Source: an uncultured Armatimonadetes bacterium
Lineage (GTDB): Bacteria; Armatimonadota; UBA5829; DTJY01
DNA length: 64,000 bases
Direction: 5' to 3'
Assembly (NCBI GenBank): GCA_963717145.1
Contig: OY970325.1
Location: forward strand, 3,136,001-3,200,000
The notes under the pieces are model-generated. The model had not been told where the DNA came from. It made no database searches and saw only the letters and a program-made list of their open reading frames with translations. Shown in pieces: positions 19,162 through 28,506 of the stretch (within the stretch, counting starts at the first letter, position 1; every line of letters starts with the position of its first letter). Both the position numbers and the translations under genes were made by a program.

Positions 19162-19233
19162 GGCTGACTCCAGTTGACCGCACGATCAGCAGGCTAGCCT
19201 ACCGTCGCACGTTCCGTTGTCTGTACGGTACTC

Positions 19234-20145
19234 CTATTGCGAGGCTTTGATCTCAGGTCTGGAGGTTCGAACAAAGGCTTTCCAGTCCTGACTGTTCTCT
19301 GCTCGCTCGACTACCTCGAGAACATAATCCAGGTCTTGTCCCACGAGCCGCCAATACTCATCCGGGTGGGACAGCAGGTCCTTGCGGTACAACTCGCTGC
19401 ACGTCGCAGCTTTGGAAGCGAGGCCCTGATCTGCGACCCCAGGTTTCGGTGGTTTGAGTAAGATATTGGAGACAACCCGAAGGTAAAGAAGAAGCACGAA
19501 TCGGAGCACGTTTATGCCAACTGACAAGACGGTTTCATCATAGGCAAAACCGAACCCCAATGGTTCCTTTTGCCCTTCCTTACCTATCTCTACCACTTGC
19601 CGAAGCACCGTTATCTCGTAGCAATGAGCCATGGATGATAGAACTGCGTACTCAGTCCACCCCAGTCGGAGTTGATCCCTGACAAGATTGGTTAGCTGGA
19701 ACTGCCGAACACCTTTTCCCTTTGGCCCGAAACTCCAGTAGGTGTCGTCCGGGTACAACGACACATGTACTATCCGAAAGAAGGCTTCGTAAGCTATTCG
19801 CATCAGCGCGAAAGCATCTTCATAGTAGCCCCTCACTAGTCTATCGAATGCTGAATAGATTGGTTTGATATTCTCTACGGTGAAGACGAACTGCACCAGT
19901 CTGTGTCCTGGCCATTCCTTCCTATCTGCCCCGAAGTTAACGTAGCCTGCAATATCCACCAGCACCTTATAGGTGCACTCAAACTGATTCACGAATCGAC
20001 CACGTTTGTCCAGAACCAGTGCCAAGTGCTCCTCTTCGCGCTCTCTGATCCAATCGGTGACGTCGCGGCCTGGGTTCTCTTGGCAGAAGGCGTCGAACTC
20101 TCGAGTCAGAGCCTCAATATCGATGCCTGATCCCATGTCAGTCAT
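19234..20145 (-). CDS. Hypothetical protein, DUF5677/HEPN-like
   Basis: GYYEDAFALMRIAYE and YAVLSSMAH resemble DUF5677-type motifs; visibly more AT-rich than neighbours; start overlaps the cobA-hemD stop. Confidence 0.65.
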   Translation of the reverse strand: MTDMGSGIDIEALTREFDAFCQENPGRDVTDWIREREEEHLALVLDKRGRFVNQFECTYKVLVDIAGYVNFGADRKEWPGHRLVQFVFTVENIKPIYSAFDRLVRGYYEDAFALMRIAYEAFFRIVHVSLYPDDTYWSFGPKGKGVRQFQLTNLVRDQLRLGWTEYAVLSSMAHCYEITVLRQVVEIGKEGQKEPLGFGFAYDETVLSVGINVLRFVLLLYLRVVSNILLKPPKPGVADQGLASKAATCSELYRKDLLSHPDEYWRLVGQDLDYVLEVVERAENSQDWKAFVRTSRPEIKASQ

Positions 20146-21649
20146 GGGCGAGCGCTCCTCCCAAGCGTTCCTGCAACGCTCTCACCAACCCCTCGATCGT
20201 GTAGTCCTCCGCGACGATGTCCGGCTTGAGGCCGTGCTCCTCGGCGGTCTGGGCCGTGATCGGGCCTATACAGGCGATCGTGACGCCCTCGAGGACCGAC
20301 TCCCGGCCGACGAGCTGCACGAAATTCTTCACCGTCGAGGAGCTTGTGAACGTGATGATATCGATCTCGCCCTTCTGAAGCATCTCTTTGATCGGCGGCG
20401 CGCAGGACTCCTCGATCACCGTTTGATAAGACGTCACGACATCGACCTGCGCTCCCTTTTCCCGGAGCTTCTCCGGCAGGACTTCGCGCGCGTCTTTCGC
20501 CCCCGGAATCAGGATGCGCTTCCCGGCAGGGTCACTGAACTCCTCGGCGACCGATTCCGCGACAAACTTCGACGGGGTGAAATCGACCCTCACTCCCAGA
20601 CTCGCGATCGACTCAGCCGTTGCCGGACCGATCGCGCCGATCTTCGGTCCCTTGAGCGACCGCACGTCGCGCCCAAGCTGGTGCAGGCGGTCGACCGCAG
20701 CACGAACGGCGTTCGCGCTCGTGAAGAGCACCCAATCGTATGTCTCTATACGCTCCAAGGCGGCATCGAGTTCGTCAAAACTCTCCGGCGGCGAGATGCG
20801 GATGACCGGGAACTCGATCGGTTCCGCACCCTGCTCCCGGAGGAGTTCGGACAGCTCGCTCGCCTGGTCGCGGCTCCTCGTGACGAGCACCTTCTTCCCG
20901 AACAGCGGCCGGTTGTCGAACCAGCGCAGCTTCTCCCGCAGATTGACGACCTCGCCGACGACGGTGACCGCCGGCGACTTGAACCCGGTGGATTGCACCT
21001 TCTCCACAATGTCAGTGAGCGTCCCGACGAGCGTCTCCTGCTCGGTCCGCGTGCCCCATCGGACTAGCGCAACCGGGGTCGATGGATCGCGTCCGTTCGC
21101 CGTCAACTGCGAAACGATGTTCGGCAGGTTCTCCACGCCCATGAGGAAAACGAGGGTATCGAGCCCGAGGGAGATCTTATCCCACTTGATGCGCGACTCC
21201 TCGCCTTTCTCGTGGCCGGTGATGATCCCGAGCGCCGAGCAGCAGTCCCGATGCGTGACCGGGATGCCCGCGTATGCCGGGGCCGCGATCGCCGAGGTGA
21301 CTCCCGGCACTTCCTCCCACTCGATGCCCTGCTCGACGAGGGTCTCCGCCTCCTCGCCGCCGCGCCCGAAGACAAACGGGTCGCCACCCTTCAGGCGCGT
21401 GACGGTCTTGCCCTCCTTCGCCTTGTCCACGAGCAGTTGGTTGATGTCCCCCTGCTTCATGGTATGCGCGCTCGACGCCTTGCCGACGTAGATCAACTCG
21501 GCATCATTCCGTGCGCAGGCCAGAATCGAGGGATGCACCAGGCGATCGTATACGATCACATCCGCCTTGCGGATGCACTCCATTCCCTTCACCGTCAACA
21601 GACCCGGATCACCGGGTCCTGCACCAACTAGATAGACTCTGCCGTTCAT
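20138..21649 (-). CDS. cobA: Uroporphyrinogen-III C-methyltransferase / uroporphyrinogen-III synthase fusion (CobA-HemD)
   Basis: VYLVGAGPGDPGLLT, RLKGGDPFVFGRGGEE, AGIPVTHR, then LRWFDNRPLFGKKVLVTR, FTSANAV, IGPAT, FTSSSTV. Confidence 0.96.
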   Translation of the reverse strand: MNGRVYLVGAGPGDPGLLTVKGMECIRKADVIVYDRLVHPSILACARNDAELIYVGKASSAHTMKQGDINQLLVDKAKEGKTVTRLKGGDPFVFGRGGEEAETLVEQGIEWEEVPGVTSAIAAPAYAGIPVTHRDCCSALGIITGHEKGEESRIKWDKISLGLDTLVFLMGVENLPNIVSQLTANGRDPSTPVALVRWGTRTEQETLVGTLTDIVEKVQSTGFKSPAVTVVGEVVNLREKLRWFDNRPLFGKKVLVTRSRDQASELSELLREQGAEPIEFPVIRISPPESFDELDAALERIETYDWVLFTSANAVRAAVDRLHQLGRDVRSLKGPKIGAIGPATAESIASLGVRVDFTPSKFVAESVAEEFSDPAGKRILIPGAKDAREVLPEKLREKGAQVDVVTSYQTVIEESCAPPIKEMLQKGEIDIITFTSSSTVKNFVQLVGRESVLEGVTIACIGPITAQTAEEHGLKPDIVAEDYTIEGLVRALQERLGGALAHD

Positions 21650-21662
21650 ATTCACACTCGCC

Positions 21663-22271
21663 AAATTCGAAATTCGAACTACGAAATCCGAAACAATGAA
21701 GCAAAAAGCAAATCAGAAACCAAACCTTACCTTGCCAAAGCTGTTCAACTTTCGCCCTGGACTTTTCGCATGATTGCGCCGAAGATGTTCATCAGCTCGG
21801 TGGCCTCCTGCACGAACTTGCCTCTGTCTTTCTCGATATCGGGACTGCCTTGCGTTTCAATCAATCCCAGCCAGTAGCGGCACTCCTTAGCTTCCTTGCG
21901 ACAGATCTTGATTCGCATCAGGAAGTCCTTCTTGCTCAGCCCATCATTTGCCTCGATGTAGTTCGCGCCAACTGACCCGGATGCTCTGACAAGCTGCTTT
22001 GAGTCTTCGGTGTTGGCCAGAGTCTTCGGAAGCGCTCTGATGAACGTCCGTACGTCCTTAGCGAACAGGAAAGTCCTATCCTCAAGATCATACCGCTTTC
22101 CACCCTGTCCCTCGGTCATGCGCCACTCCTCGGACATCGGCTTTGGTGCTTCGAATTTCAGGTTTGCCTTACTGTTTCGAATTTCGAGTTTCGGATTTGG
22201 CTCTTGGTTTCGTGCTTCGGATTTCGAATTTGCCTTATTGTTTCGAATTTCGAGTTTCGGATTTCGAATTT
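21663..22271. mobile_element. Putative mobile cassette: four-helix-bundle gene bracketed by (AAATTCG)n inverted repeats
   Basis: Left AAATTCG AAATTCG AACTACG AAATCCG AAACAAT; the right arm is the reverse complement, present roughly twice (22141-22271). Confidence 0.6.
21745..22137 (-). CDS. Four helix bundle protein (23S rRNA IVP / bAvd-like, TIGR02436-type)
   Basis: YDLEDRTFLFA..QLVRASGSVGANYIEA..SKKDFLMRIKICRKEAKECRYWL..EATELMNIF. Confidence 0.92.
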   Translation of the reverse strand: MSEEWRMTEGQGGKRYDLEDRTFLFAKDVRTFIRALPKTLANTEDSKQLVRASGSVGANYIEANDGLSKKDFLMRIKICRKEAKECRYWLGLIETQGSPDIEKDRGKFVQEATELMNIFGAIMRKVQGES

Positions 22272-23845
22272 GACAACACCGAGTCCTTTGGGGTCTCGTT
22301 CAACTCCGGATAATCAAGATTGTAGTTTAGGCCGCGGCTCTCCTTGCGGGAGATCGCCGATTCGATGATCAGTGAGGCGGTGGTGACCATGTTCCGCAGC
22401 TCGAGCAGTTCACTGGTGAGCCGGCCCGTTGCGTACAGCTTCTCGACCCGGCATCCCAGTTCGCGGATTTCGTCTTTCGCCTTCTGAAGTCGCTCGTTCG
22501 TGCGCACGATCCCGACATACCGCCACATCGTTCGCTGAATCTCAGCCTTGAGGCCGTCGACGACATCGGGATCGATCTCCACGGTGTGCGCGGCTTTCTG
22601 GAAGTCGGGAATCTCCTCATCACCACCGACCGACGCGTATTGCATCGAGTCGCTGACCGCCCTGTGCGCAAAGACAACCGCCTCCAGTAGCGAGTTCGAT
22701 GCGAGCCGATTCGCGCCGTGGACTCCGGTGCAGGCGACTTCTCCACACGCGTAGAGCCGCTCGATCGAGGTCCGCGCGTTCACGTCGGTCAGCACGCCGC
22801 CGCAACTGTAGTGCGCCGCCGGGACGATCGGAATCTGCTCCGTGGTGATATCTATGCCCACCGAGAGGCACTTCTGGTGGATGGTCGGGAAGCGCTTCCT
22901 GATGTGCTCGGGGTCGAGATGAGTCACGTCCAGGAAGACGCACTCGTCGCCGCTCTTCTTCAACTCGGCGTCGATCGCGCGGGCGACGATATCCCTCGGC
23001 GCGAGGCAGCCCATCTCGTGGTAGTTCTCCATGAACGTGCTGCCGTCTTTGAGCCGGAGGATGCCGCCCTCTCCTCGGACTGCCTCTGAGATGAGGAACG
23101 ACCGCGCATCCGGGTGGTGGAGCGAGGTCGGATGGAACTGGATGAACTCCATGTTGGCGATGTCCGCGCCCGCTCGGAACGCCATCGCCACGCCGTCGCC
23201 GGTCGCGATCTCGGGGTTCGTGGTGTGGAGGTAGACCTGACCCGCGCCGCCGGTCGCGAGCATCGTAACTCTCGCGCGGAAAGTGGTGACTTCCTCGGTC
23301 TCGGTGTCGAGCACGTATGCCCCATAGCAGACCAGGCCATCCTCACTCGGTCTGGTGATCAGATCGATCGCATACTCGTGCTCGAAGACGCGGATGTTCT
23401 CCTGATGCTTGCACTGAACGATCAACGCGCGCTCGATCTCGTGACCGGTGAGGTCGGCGGAATGGAGGATGCGCCTCATGGAGTGTCCGCCCTCGCGGCC
23501 GAGCGCGAACTGGGTCTCGCCGGTGGGCGTCTTCTCCCTGCTGAACTTCACGCCGAACTCGACCAGTTCGCGGATTCGGTCGGGCCCTTCCTTGACGAGA
23601 ATCTCGACCGCCTCCTCGCAGCAGAGGCCTGCCCCCGCCACGAGTGTGTCGCGGATATGAAGATCGAACTTATCATCCGGGCTGGTGACTCCCGCGATCC
23701 CACCCTGGGCGTAGTTCGTATTCGATTCGGTATCGCTCTTTTTCGTGACGAGTGCGACCCTGCCGAGCTTCGACACCTTGAGCGCGAAACTCAGGCCTGC
23801 AATGCCGCTCCCGAGAACGAGATAATCTACATCGATAACTGCCAT
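22235..23845 (-). CDS. nadB: L-aspartate oxidase
   Basis: GSGIAGL, SNTNYAQGGIA, REGGHSMRRILH, EFIQFHPT, LISEAVRGEG, PAAHYSCGG, TGVHGANRLASNSLLE. Confidence 0.97.
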   Translation of the reverse strand: MAVIDVDYLVLGSGIAGLSFALKVSKLGRVALVTKKSDTESNTNYAQGGIAGVTSPDDKFDLHIRDTLVAGAGLCCEEAVEILVKEGPDRIRELVEFGVKFSREKTPTGETQFALGREGGHSMRRILHSADLTGHEIERALIVQCKHQENIRVFEHEYAIDLITRPSEDGLVCYGAYVLDTETEEVTTFRARVTMLATGGAGQVYLHTTNPEIATGDGVAMAFRAGADIANMEFIQFHPTSLHHPDARSFLISEAVRGEGGILRLKDGSTFMENYHEMGCLAPRDIVARAIDAELKKSGDECVFLDVTHLDPEHIRKRFPTIHQKCLSVGIDITTEQIPIVPAAHYSCGGVLTDVNARTSIERLYACGEVACTGVHGANRLASNSLLEAVVFAHRAVSDSMQYASVGGDEEIPDFQKAAHTVEIDPDVVDGLKAEIQRTMWRYVGIVRTNERLQKAKDEIRELGCRVEKLYATGRLTSELLELRNMVTTASLIIESAISRKESRGLNYNLDYPELNETPKDSVLSNSKSETRNSKQ

Positions 23846-24228
23846 GAAAGCTTCTCTTTTCATTGCCGCCGGAAGCGCATTCCCGGCCGCGTCTGTCTTC
23901 GCTTTTTCCGTAGCAATTATCTCACTTCATGGCAGTCTGAGTCAACACGTCGCGTTGTGTCGGGTGCATTTCCGCAGAGTGGGTGCGCCTCTCGATATGC
24001 CGCCAGAGCGGCTACTCGAGGAGATCGGTGTTTGGGTTACCGGGGGAAACCAACCGTCTAGTGTCGAGTAGGTTTCTCTGGAAACCATATCGAGACACGG
24101 TGGCATTGCCACCCACTGAACTCGAATGCACCCCGTTGTGTCTTGGGGCGGTTGCTTGTTTCCGGCTCACCAGCATGATATACTCTCATGTCTCCACTGA
24201 ATCTGCAAGCAGCGTCGAGGTGCAACCT

Positions 24229-26007
24229 ATGAGTTCTACGCTTTTCAAGAAGATTGACTATTCCCTTTCCAAACTGCTGCTCGACATAGAACAAGGAGAG
24301 ATAGGGCTGCCTGACATCCAGCGGCCGTTTGTGTGGGACGCGGCAAAGGTCAGAGACCTATTTGACTCCATGTACAAAGGCTTTCCCGTGGGTTACCTTC
24401 TCTTCTGGTCGAACGACCACATGGATAGGACACGGCACATCGGAGCTACTGACAAGCAGAACCAGATACCGAGATTGCTCATCGTCGACGGCCAACAGCG
24501 CTTGACTTCGCTATATGCAGTCCTCAACGGAAGACCTGTGGTGACCAAGGATTACGCTGTGAGCCATATCAGGATAGCCTTCAGGCCTAGGGATGCGCAG
24601 TTCGAGGTGACGGACGCCGCGGTGGTCCGCGACCCGGAGTTCATCCCTGACATAAGCAAGTTGTGGTCCACCGAGATGTCGCGCAACCGCTTTGTCAAAG
24701 ATTTCATCGCCAGACTGCGGCAGAGCCGAGAGGTTTCGGAGGACGAGGAGGACCATCTTTCCGAGAGCGTCGACAGGCTGTATGACGTGCAGAACTATCC
24801 TTTCACTGCAATGGAGATATCTTCGACTGTTGGCGAGGAACAGGTCTCTGACATCTTCGTCCGCGTGAACAGCAAAGGAGTGACGCTAAAGCAGGCTGAC
24901 TTCATACTTACCTTGCTGTCGGTGTTTTGGGATGAGGGAAGGGCACAGCTGGAGCTCTTCTGCCGCGACTGCCGACAGCCAGTGCCTGCTGGTGGAGCGG
25001 CATCAGCTTTCAACTATTTCATGCAGCCGGACGCTGACCACTTGCTTCGAGTCTGTGTTGGGCTTGGCTTCAAACGTGCTCGTCTGCAACACGTCTATTC
25101 GATACTTCGGGGAAAGGACCTGGAAACGGGTGAGTTCTCAGATGCGCGTCGTGAAGAGCAGTTTGAAGTATTGAAGGCGGCTCAGGCACAGGCGCTCAGT
25201 CTGACGAACTGGCACCAGTTCCACAAGGTACTTATCCGGGCAGGTTTTCGCAGCAAGAGCATGATCACGTCGGAGACTGCTCTCCTATACTCCTACGTCA
25301 TGTTTCTTATCGGCAGATGCGTGTACGAAGTGGATCCGTACGAGTTGCGGGATGTGATGGCTCGATGGTTCTTCGTAACTGCCCTAACTGGTAGATACAC
25401 CGGCTCTCCGGAGACTGTGATGGAGTCCGACCTCGTACGGCTCAGGGGGGTGACAACTGGCGCAGGCTTCCTGTCCACGCTGAACCAGACAATGGCGACT
25501 ACGCTCACGGACGACTACTGGAGCATCACTCTGGTCAATGAACTCGAGACCGCTTCCGCACGTACGCCGCTCTGGTTTGCCTATCTGGCGGCGCTGAACC
25601 TTCTCGATGCGAAGGTTCTTTTCTCGAAGATGAGAGTATCTGAGTTGCTTGATCCTGCGCTGAGGACAGTAAAGTCATCTACAGAGCGGCACCACTTGTT
25701 CCCAAAGGATCATCTCAGCAAACAGGGCATCACCGAAGTCCGGGAGACCAACCAGTTGGCGAACTATGCCCTCGTCGAGTGGGACGACAATATCGCCATT
25801 TCCGGGTCGCCACCCAGTTCGTACTTCCCCCTATACGCCGCCAGATGTGGCCCGGTTGAGTTGCGCGATATGATGATGCACCATGCGCTGCCACAGGGAT
25901 GGGAGTCAATGGATTATTGGGGATTCCTGGAAGAGCGAAGACGTCTGATCGCTCGGGTTGTCCGGCAAGGCTACATAGCGTTGTCTGAATCTGTCTCCGG
26001 AGAGTAG
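24229..26007 (+). CDS. GmrSD-type (DUF262 plus HNH/DUF1524-like) modification-dependent restriction endonuclease
   Basis: LPDIQRPFVW, IVDGQQRLTSL, IFVRVNSKG; C-terminal ERHHLFPK..NQLANYA. Start placed at MSSTLF. Confidence 0.88.
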   Translation: MSSTLFKKIDYSLSKLLLDIEQGEIGLPDIQRPFVWDAAKVRDLFDSMYKGFPVGYLLFWSNDHMDRTRHIGATDKQNQIPRLLIVDGQQRLTSLYAVLNGRPVVTKDYAVSHIRIAFRPRDAQFEVTDAAVVRDPEFIPDISKLWSTEMSRNRFVKDFIARLRQSREVSEDEEDHLSESVDRLYDVQNYPFTAMEISSTVGEEQVSDIFVRVNSKGVTLKQADFILTLLSVFWDEGRAQLELFCRDCRQPVPAGGAASAFNYFMQPDADHLLRVCVGLGFKRARLQHVYSILRGKDLETGEFSDARREEQFEVLKAAQAQALSLTNWHQFHKVLIRAGFRSKSMITSETALLYSYVMFLIGRCVYEVDPYELRDVMARWFFVTALTGRYTGSPETVMESDLVRLRGVTTGAGFLSTLNQTMATTLTDDYWSITLVNELETASARTPLWFAYLAALNLLDAKVLFSKMRVSELLDPALRTVKSSTERHHLFPKDHLSKQGITEVRETNQLANYALVEWDDNIAISGSPPSSYFPLYAARCGPVELRDMMMHHALPQGWESMDYWGFLEERRRLIARVVRQGYIALSESVSGE

Positions 26008-26037
26008 CCGTGCCGAGGGGTGAGATCGCTGGCATTC

Positions 26038-26958
26038 CTAGACGTACCGCAGTTCGGCGAGGATGCGGTCCGCGCCGGCGGAGAGGAGGATATCGGCCAG
26101 TTCGAGGCCGAGTTCCTCGGGCTGATCGGGAGGACCGATCACCTTGCCACGGACGACTTGAGAGCCGTCGAGGCTTGCGACCACTCCGTCGAGGACCAGC
26201 ATGCCGTCCTCCATCCGGGCGAGCGCCCCGATCGGGACCTGGCAGCCTCCTTCGAGGACCTTCATGAGCGACCGCTCGGCTCGAACGGCCAGGTGTGTCT
26301 CAGGGTGATCGAGGACTCGGAGGAGCGCGAGCGTCTCGGCATCGTCGCTGCGCGCCTGGATCGCCAGCGCGCCTTGACCAACCGCTGGGAGCGATATCTC
26401 GGGCGGGAGCTTCTCGGTGATCCGGTCAGACCAGCCCATGCGGTTCAGCCCGGCGCACGCGAGGATGATCGCGTCGTACTCGCCCTCATCGAGCTTTCGA
26501 AGGCGCGTGTCGAGGTTGCCCCGGACATCCAGTATTTCCAAATCGGCTCGGTAGTTGTGGAGTTGAGCCCGTCTTCGCAGGCTGCTGCTCCCGATCCGTG
26601 CGCCGGTGGGCAGATCGGCGAGTCCCAGCCCGTTCGAAATCAATGCGTCGCTCGGATCCTGGCGCTCCGGGACCGCCGCGATGCAGAGGCCGTCCGCCAT
26701 CTCGGTCGGGACGTCTTTCATGCTGTGGACGACGAAATCGACCTCGCGAGCCAGGAGCGCCTGCTCGAGCTCCTTGACGAAGAGGCCTTTGTCGCCGATC
26801 TTGGCGAGCGGGACATCGAGGATCTTATCGCCCTTCGTCTTGATGATCTGCACCTCGACTTCGAGGCCCGCATGCGCATGCCTCAGGCACTCCACTATCT
26901 GATTCGACTGTGTGAGAGCAAGCGCGCTCCCCCGCGTCCCGACTGTCAGTTTGCGCAT
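26038..26958 (-). CDS. hemC: Hydroxymethylbilane synthase (porphobilinogen deaminase)
   Basis: GTRGSALALTQ, KGLFVKELE, VHSMKDVP, GSSSLRR, RGNLDTRL, LEGGCQVPIG. Confidence 0.97.
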   Translation of the reverse strand: MRKLTVGTRGSALALTQSNQIVECLRHAHAGLEVEVQIIKTKGDKILDVPLAKIGDKGLFVKELEQALLAREVDFVVHSMKDVPTEMADGLCIAAVPERQDPSDALISNGLGLADLPTGARIGSSSLRRRAQLHNYRADLEILDVRGNLDTRLRKLDEGEYDAIILACAGLNRMGWSDRITEKLPPEISLPAVGQGALAIQARSDDAETLALLRVLDHPETHLAVRAERSLMKVLEGGCQVPIGALARMEDGMLVLDGVVASLDGSQVVRGKVIGPPDQPEELGLELADILLSAGADRILAELRYV

Positions 26959-26965
26959 CCGATGC

Positions 26966-28438
26966 CTACCTCTTGTCTGTCTCGTGCGGGACGACGTCGC
27001 AGGTCTCCTGATAGAAGGTCAGCATCCGTTCCTTCAGCTTGGCCAATTCTGTTGAGAGCGACGGATCGTCGATCTTGTTGTGGAGTTCCTGCGGATCCTT
27101 GCGCAGGTCATACAACTCGTCCGATTCGTAGAGCCTGCGGACGTACTTGAAATCCTTCATGCGACACATAGTCGCCTTGGTGTGCTCCGGCCCCTCGCTC
27201 TGCTGCAGGTTCACGCGCGGCCAATAAAGCCCCGTCGGCACCTGGGAGCTTGAACTCTCAAGCTCCATGCAATGCCGCTCGCCATGGAGCCGTCCGCCCT
27301 CGCAGAATACCGCGTCCCGATGCTCGTCGGTCTCCCCGGCGATCAGCGGCAGGAGCGACTTGCCGAAATGCGTGTGCTTCGGCTCGATCCCGGTGAGCGC
27401 CTCGACCGTCGCCGGGAAGTCGATCAGTTCGACGAGGGCATCGCTGACACGGGGCTTCACCTTGACCCCCGCGGGCGGCTTCACGATAAATGGCACGCGT
27501 GAGAGGCAGTCCTCGAACGTGTTCTGGTTCTTCTCGACGAGGCCATAATCGCCGGTGAAGTCGCCGTGATCGCTGAACATGAAGACCGCCGTGTCGTCAT
27601 AGATGCCGGCGTCCTTGAGCGCGTCCATGACCATCCCGAACTGGTGATCGACGCGGGCGCACATGCCGTAGTACGTCGCCCGGAGTTCCGTCCATCGGTC
27701 CTCAGTCCAGGTGTCGAGGTTCTGGCGCTCGTAGATGCCTCTGACCATGCTCGGCTTCCCTTCCCATCCTTTGGGAGTCGGCGCGCGTTTGGGCAGCTTG
27801 CTCCGGTCGATCATGCTGAACCAGGGCTCCTCCACCCCATACGGGCAGTGCGGATATCCGAGTGAGAGGAAGATGCAGAGCGGCTGATCCTCGGGTCGAT
27901 TGCGGATGAAGTCGACCGCGCCCAGGACGTTCGCCCAGTCGTTGTCGTAGTATGTCCCCTCACCGGGAGTGTCGAGCTTGCCGACGTAGAACGAGTAGTA
28001 GGTGTCGCTCCCAGGCTCTCCGCGCCATTCCTTCTGGCGATCGAGGCCTCGCCCGGCCTGTACGGGTCGAGTCGGCCTGTACTTGAGCGTGCGGTACGGG
28101 TCGATCGGGAGCTGGCCCGGCACGAGGTCGTTCTTTCCGCCCCACCAGACGAAGTACCCGGCGTCCTTGAGCGTCTTGAGCAGGACCGGCTCGTCCGCGT
28201 GCATCATGTGGTACATCGTGCGGTGGCCTCTGACGTGAGGGTACCAGCCGCTCATGAATGAGCACCGACTCGGCGTGCAGACGGGGTTCTGGCAGAAGGC
28301 GTTCCGGAACGAGACGGCGTCGCTCTTGACGATCTCATCGAGGTTCGGGGTGACCGCCCCGGGATTGCCCACGTGCCCGAGTACGTCGCCCCTCCACTCG
28401 TCGGGGTTGAAAATGATGATATGAGGTTGCCCGGCCAT
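26966..28438 (-). CDS. Sulfatase (formylglycine-dependent)
   Basis: CTPSRCSFMSG (CxPxR), SDHGD, ELYDLRKDPQE. Confidence 0.93.
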   Translation of the reverse strand: MAGQPHIIIFNPDEWRGDVLGHVGNPGAVTPNLDEIVKSDAVSFRNAFCQNPVCTPSRCSFMSGWYPHVRGHRTMYHMMHADEPVLLKTLKDAGYFVWWGGKNDLVPGQLPIDPYRTLKYRPTRPVQAGRGLDRQKEWRGEPGSDTYYSFYVGKLDTPGEGTYYDNDWANVLGAVDFIRNRPEDQPLCIFLSLGYPHCPYGVEEPWFSMIDRSKLPKRAPTPKGWEGKPSMVRGIYERQNLDTWTEDRWTELRATYYGMCARVDHQFGMVMDALKDAGIYDDTAVFMFSDHGDFTGDYGLVEKNQNTFEDCLSRVPFIVKPPAGVKVKPRVSDALVELIDFPATVEALTGIEPKHTHFGKSLLPLIAGETDEHRDAVFCEGGRLHGERHCMELESSSSQVPTGLYWPRVNLQQSEGPEHTKATMCRMKDFKYVRRLYESDELYDLRKDPQELHNKIDDPSLSTELAKLKERMLTFYQETCDVVPHETDKR

Positions 28439-28506
28439 AAGTGATCTCCTCGGCTTTGACGCTGCCGTTGACATGTTCGACGAGTAGCCCCCGAGAATCC
28501 TGCGGG

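Noticed and set aside
21745-22137. Diversity-generating retroelement, suggested by the Avd-like gene
   Set aside because: No reverse transcriptase and no TR/VR pair with adenine-specific mismatches were seen in the window.
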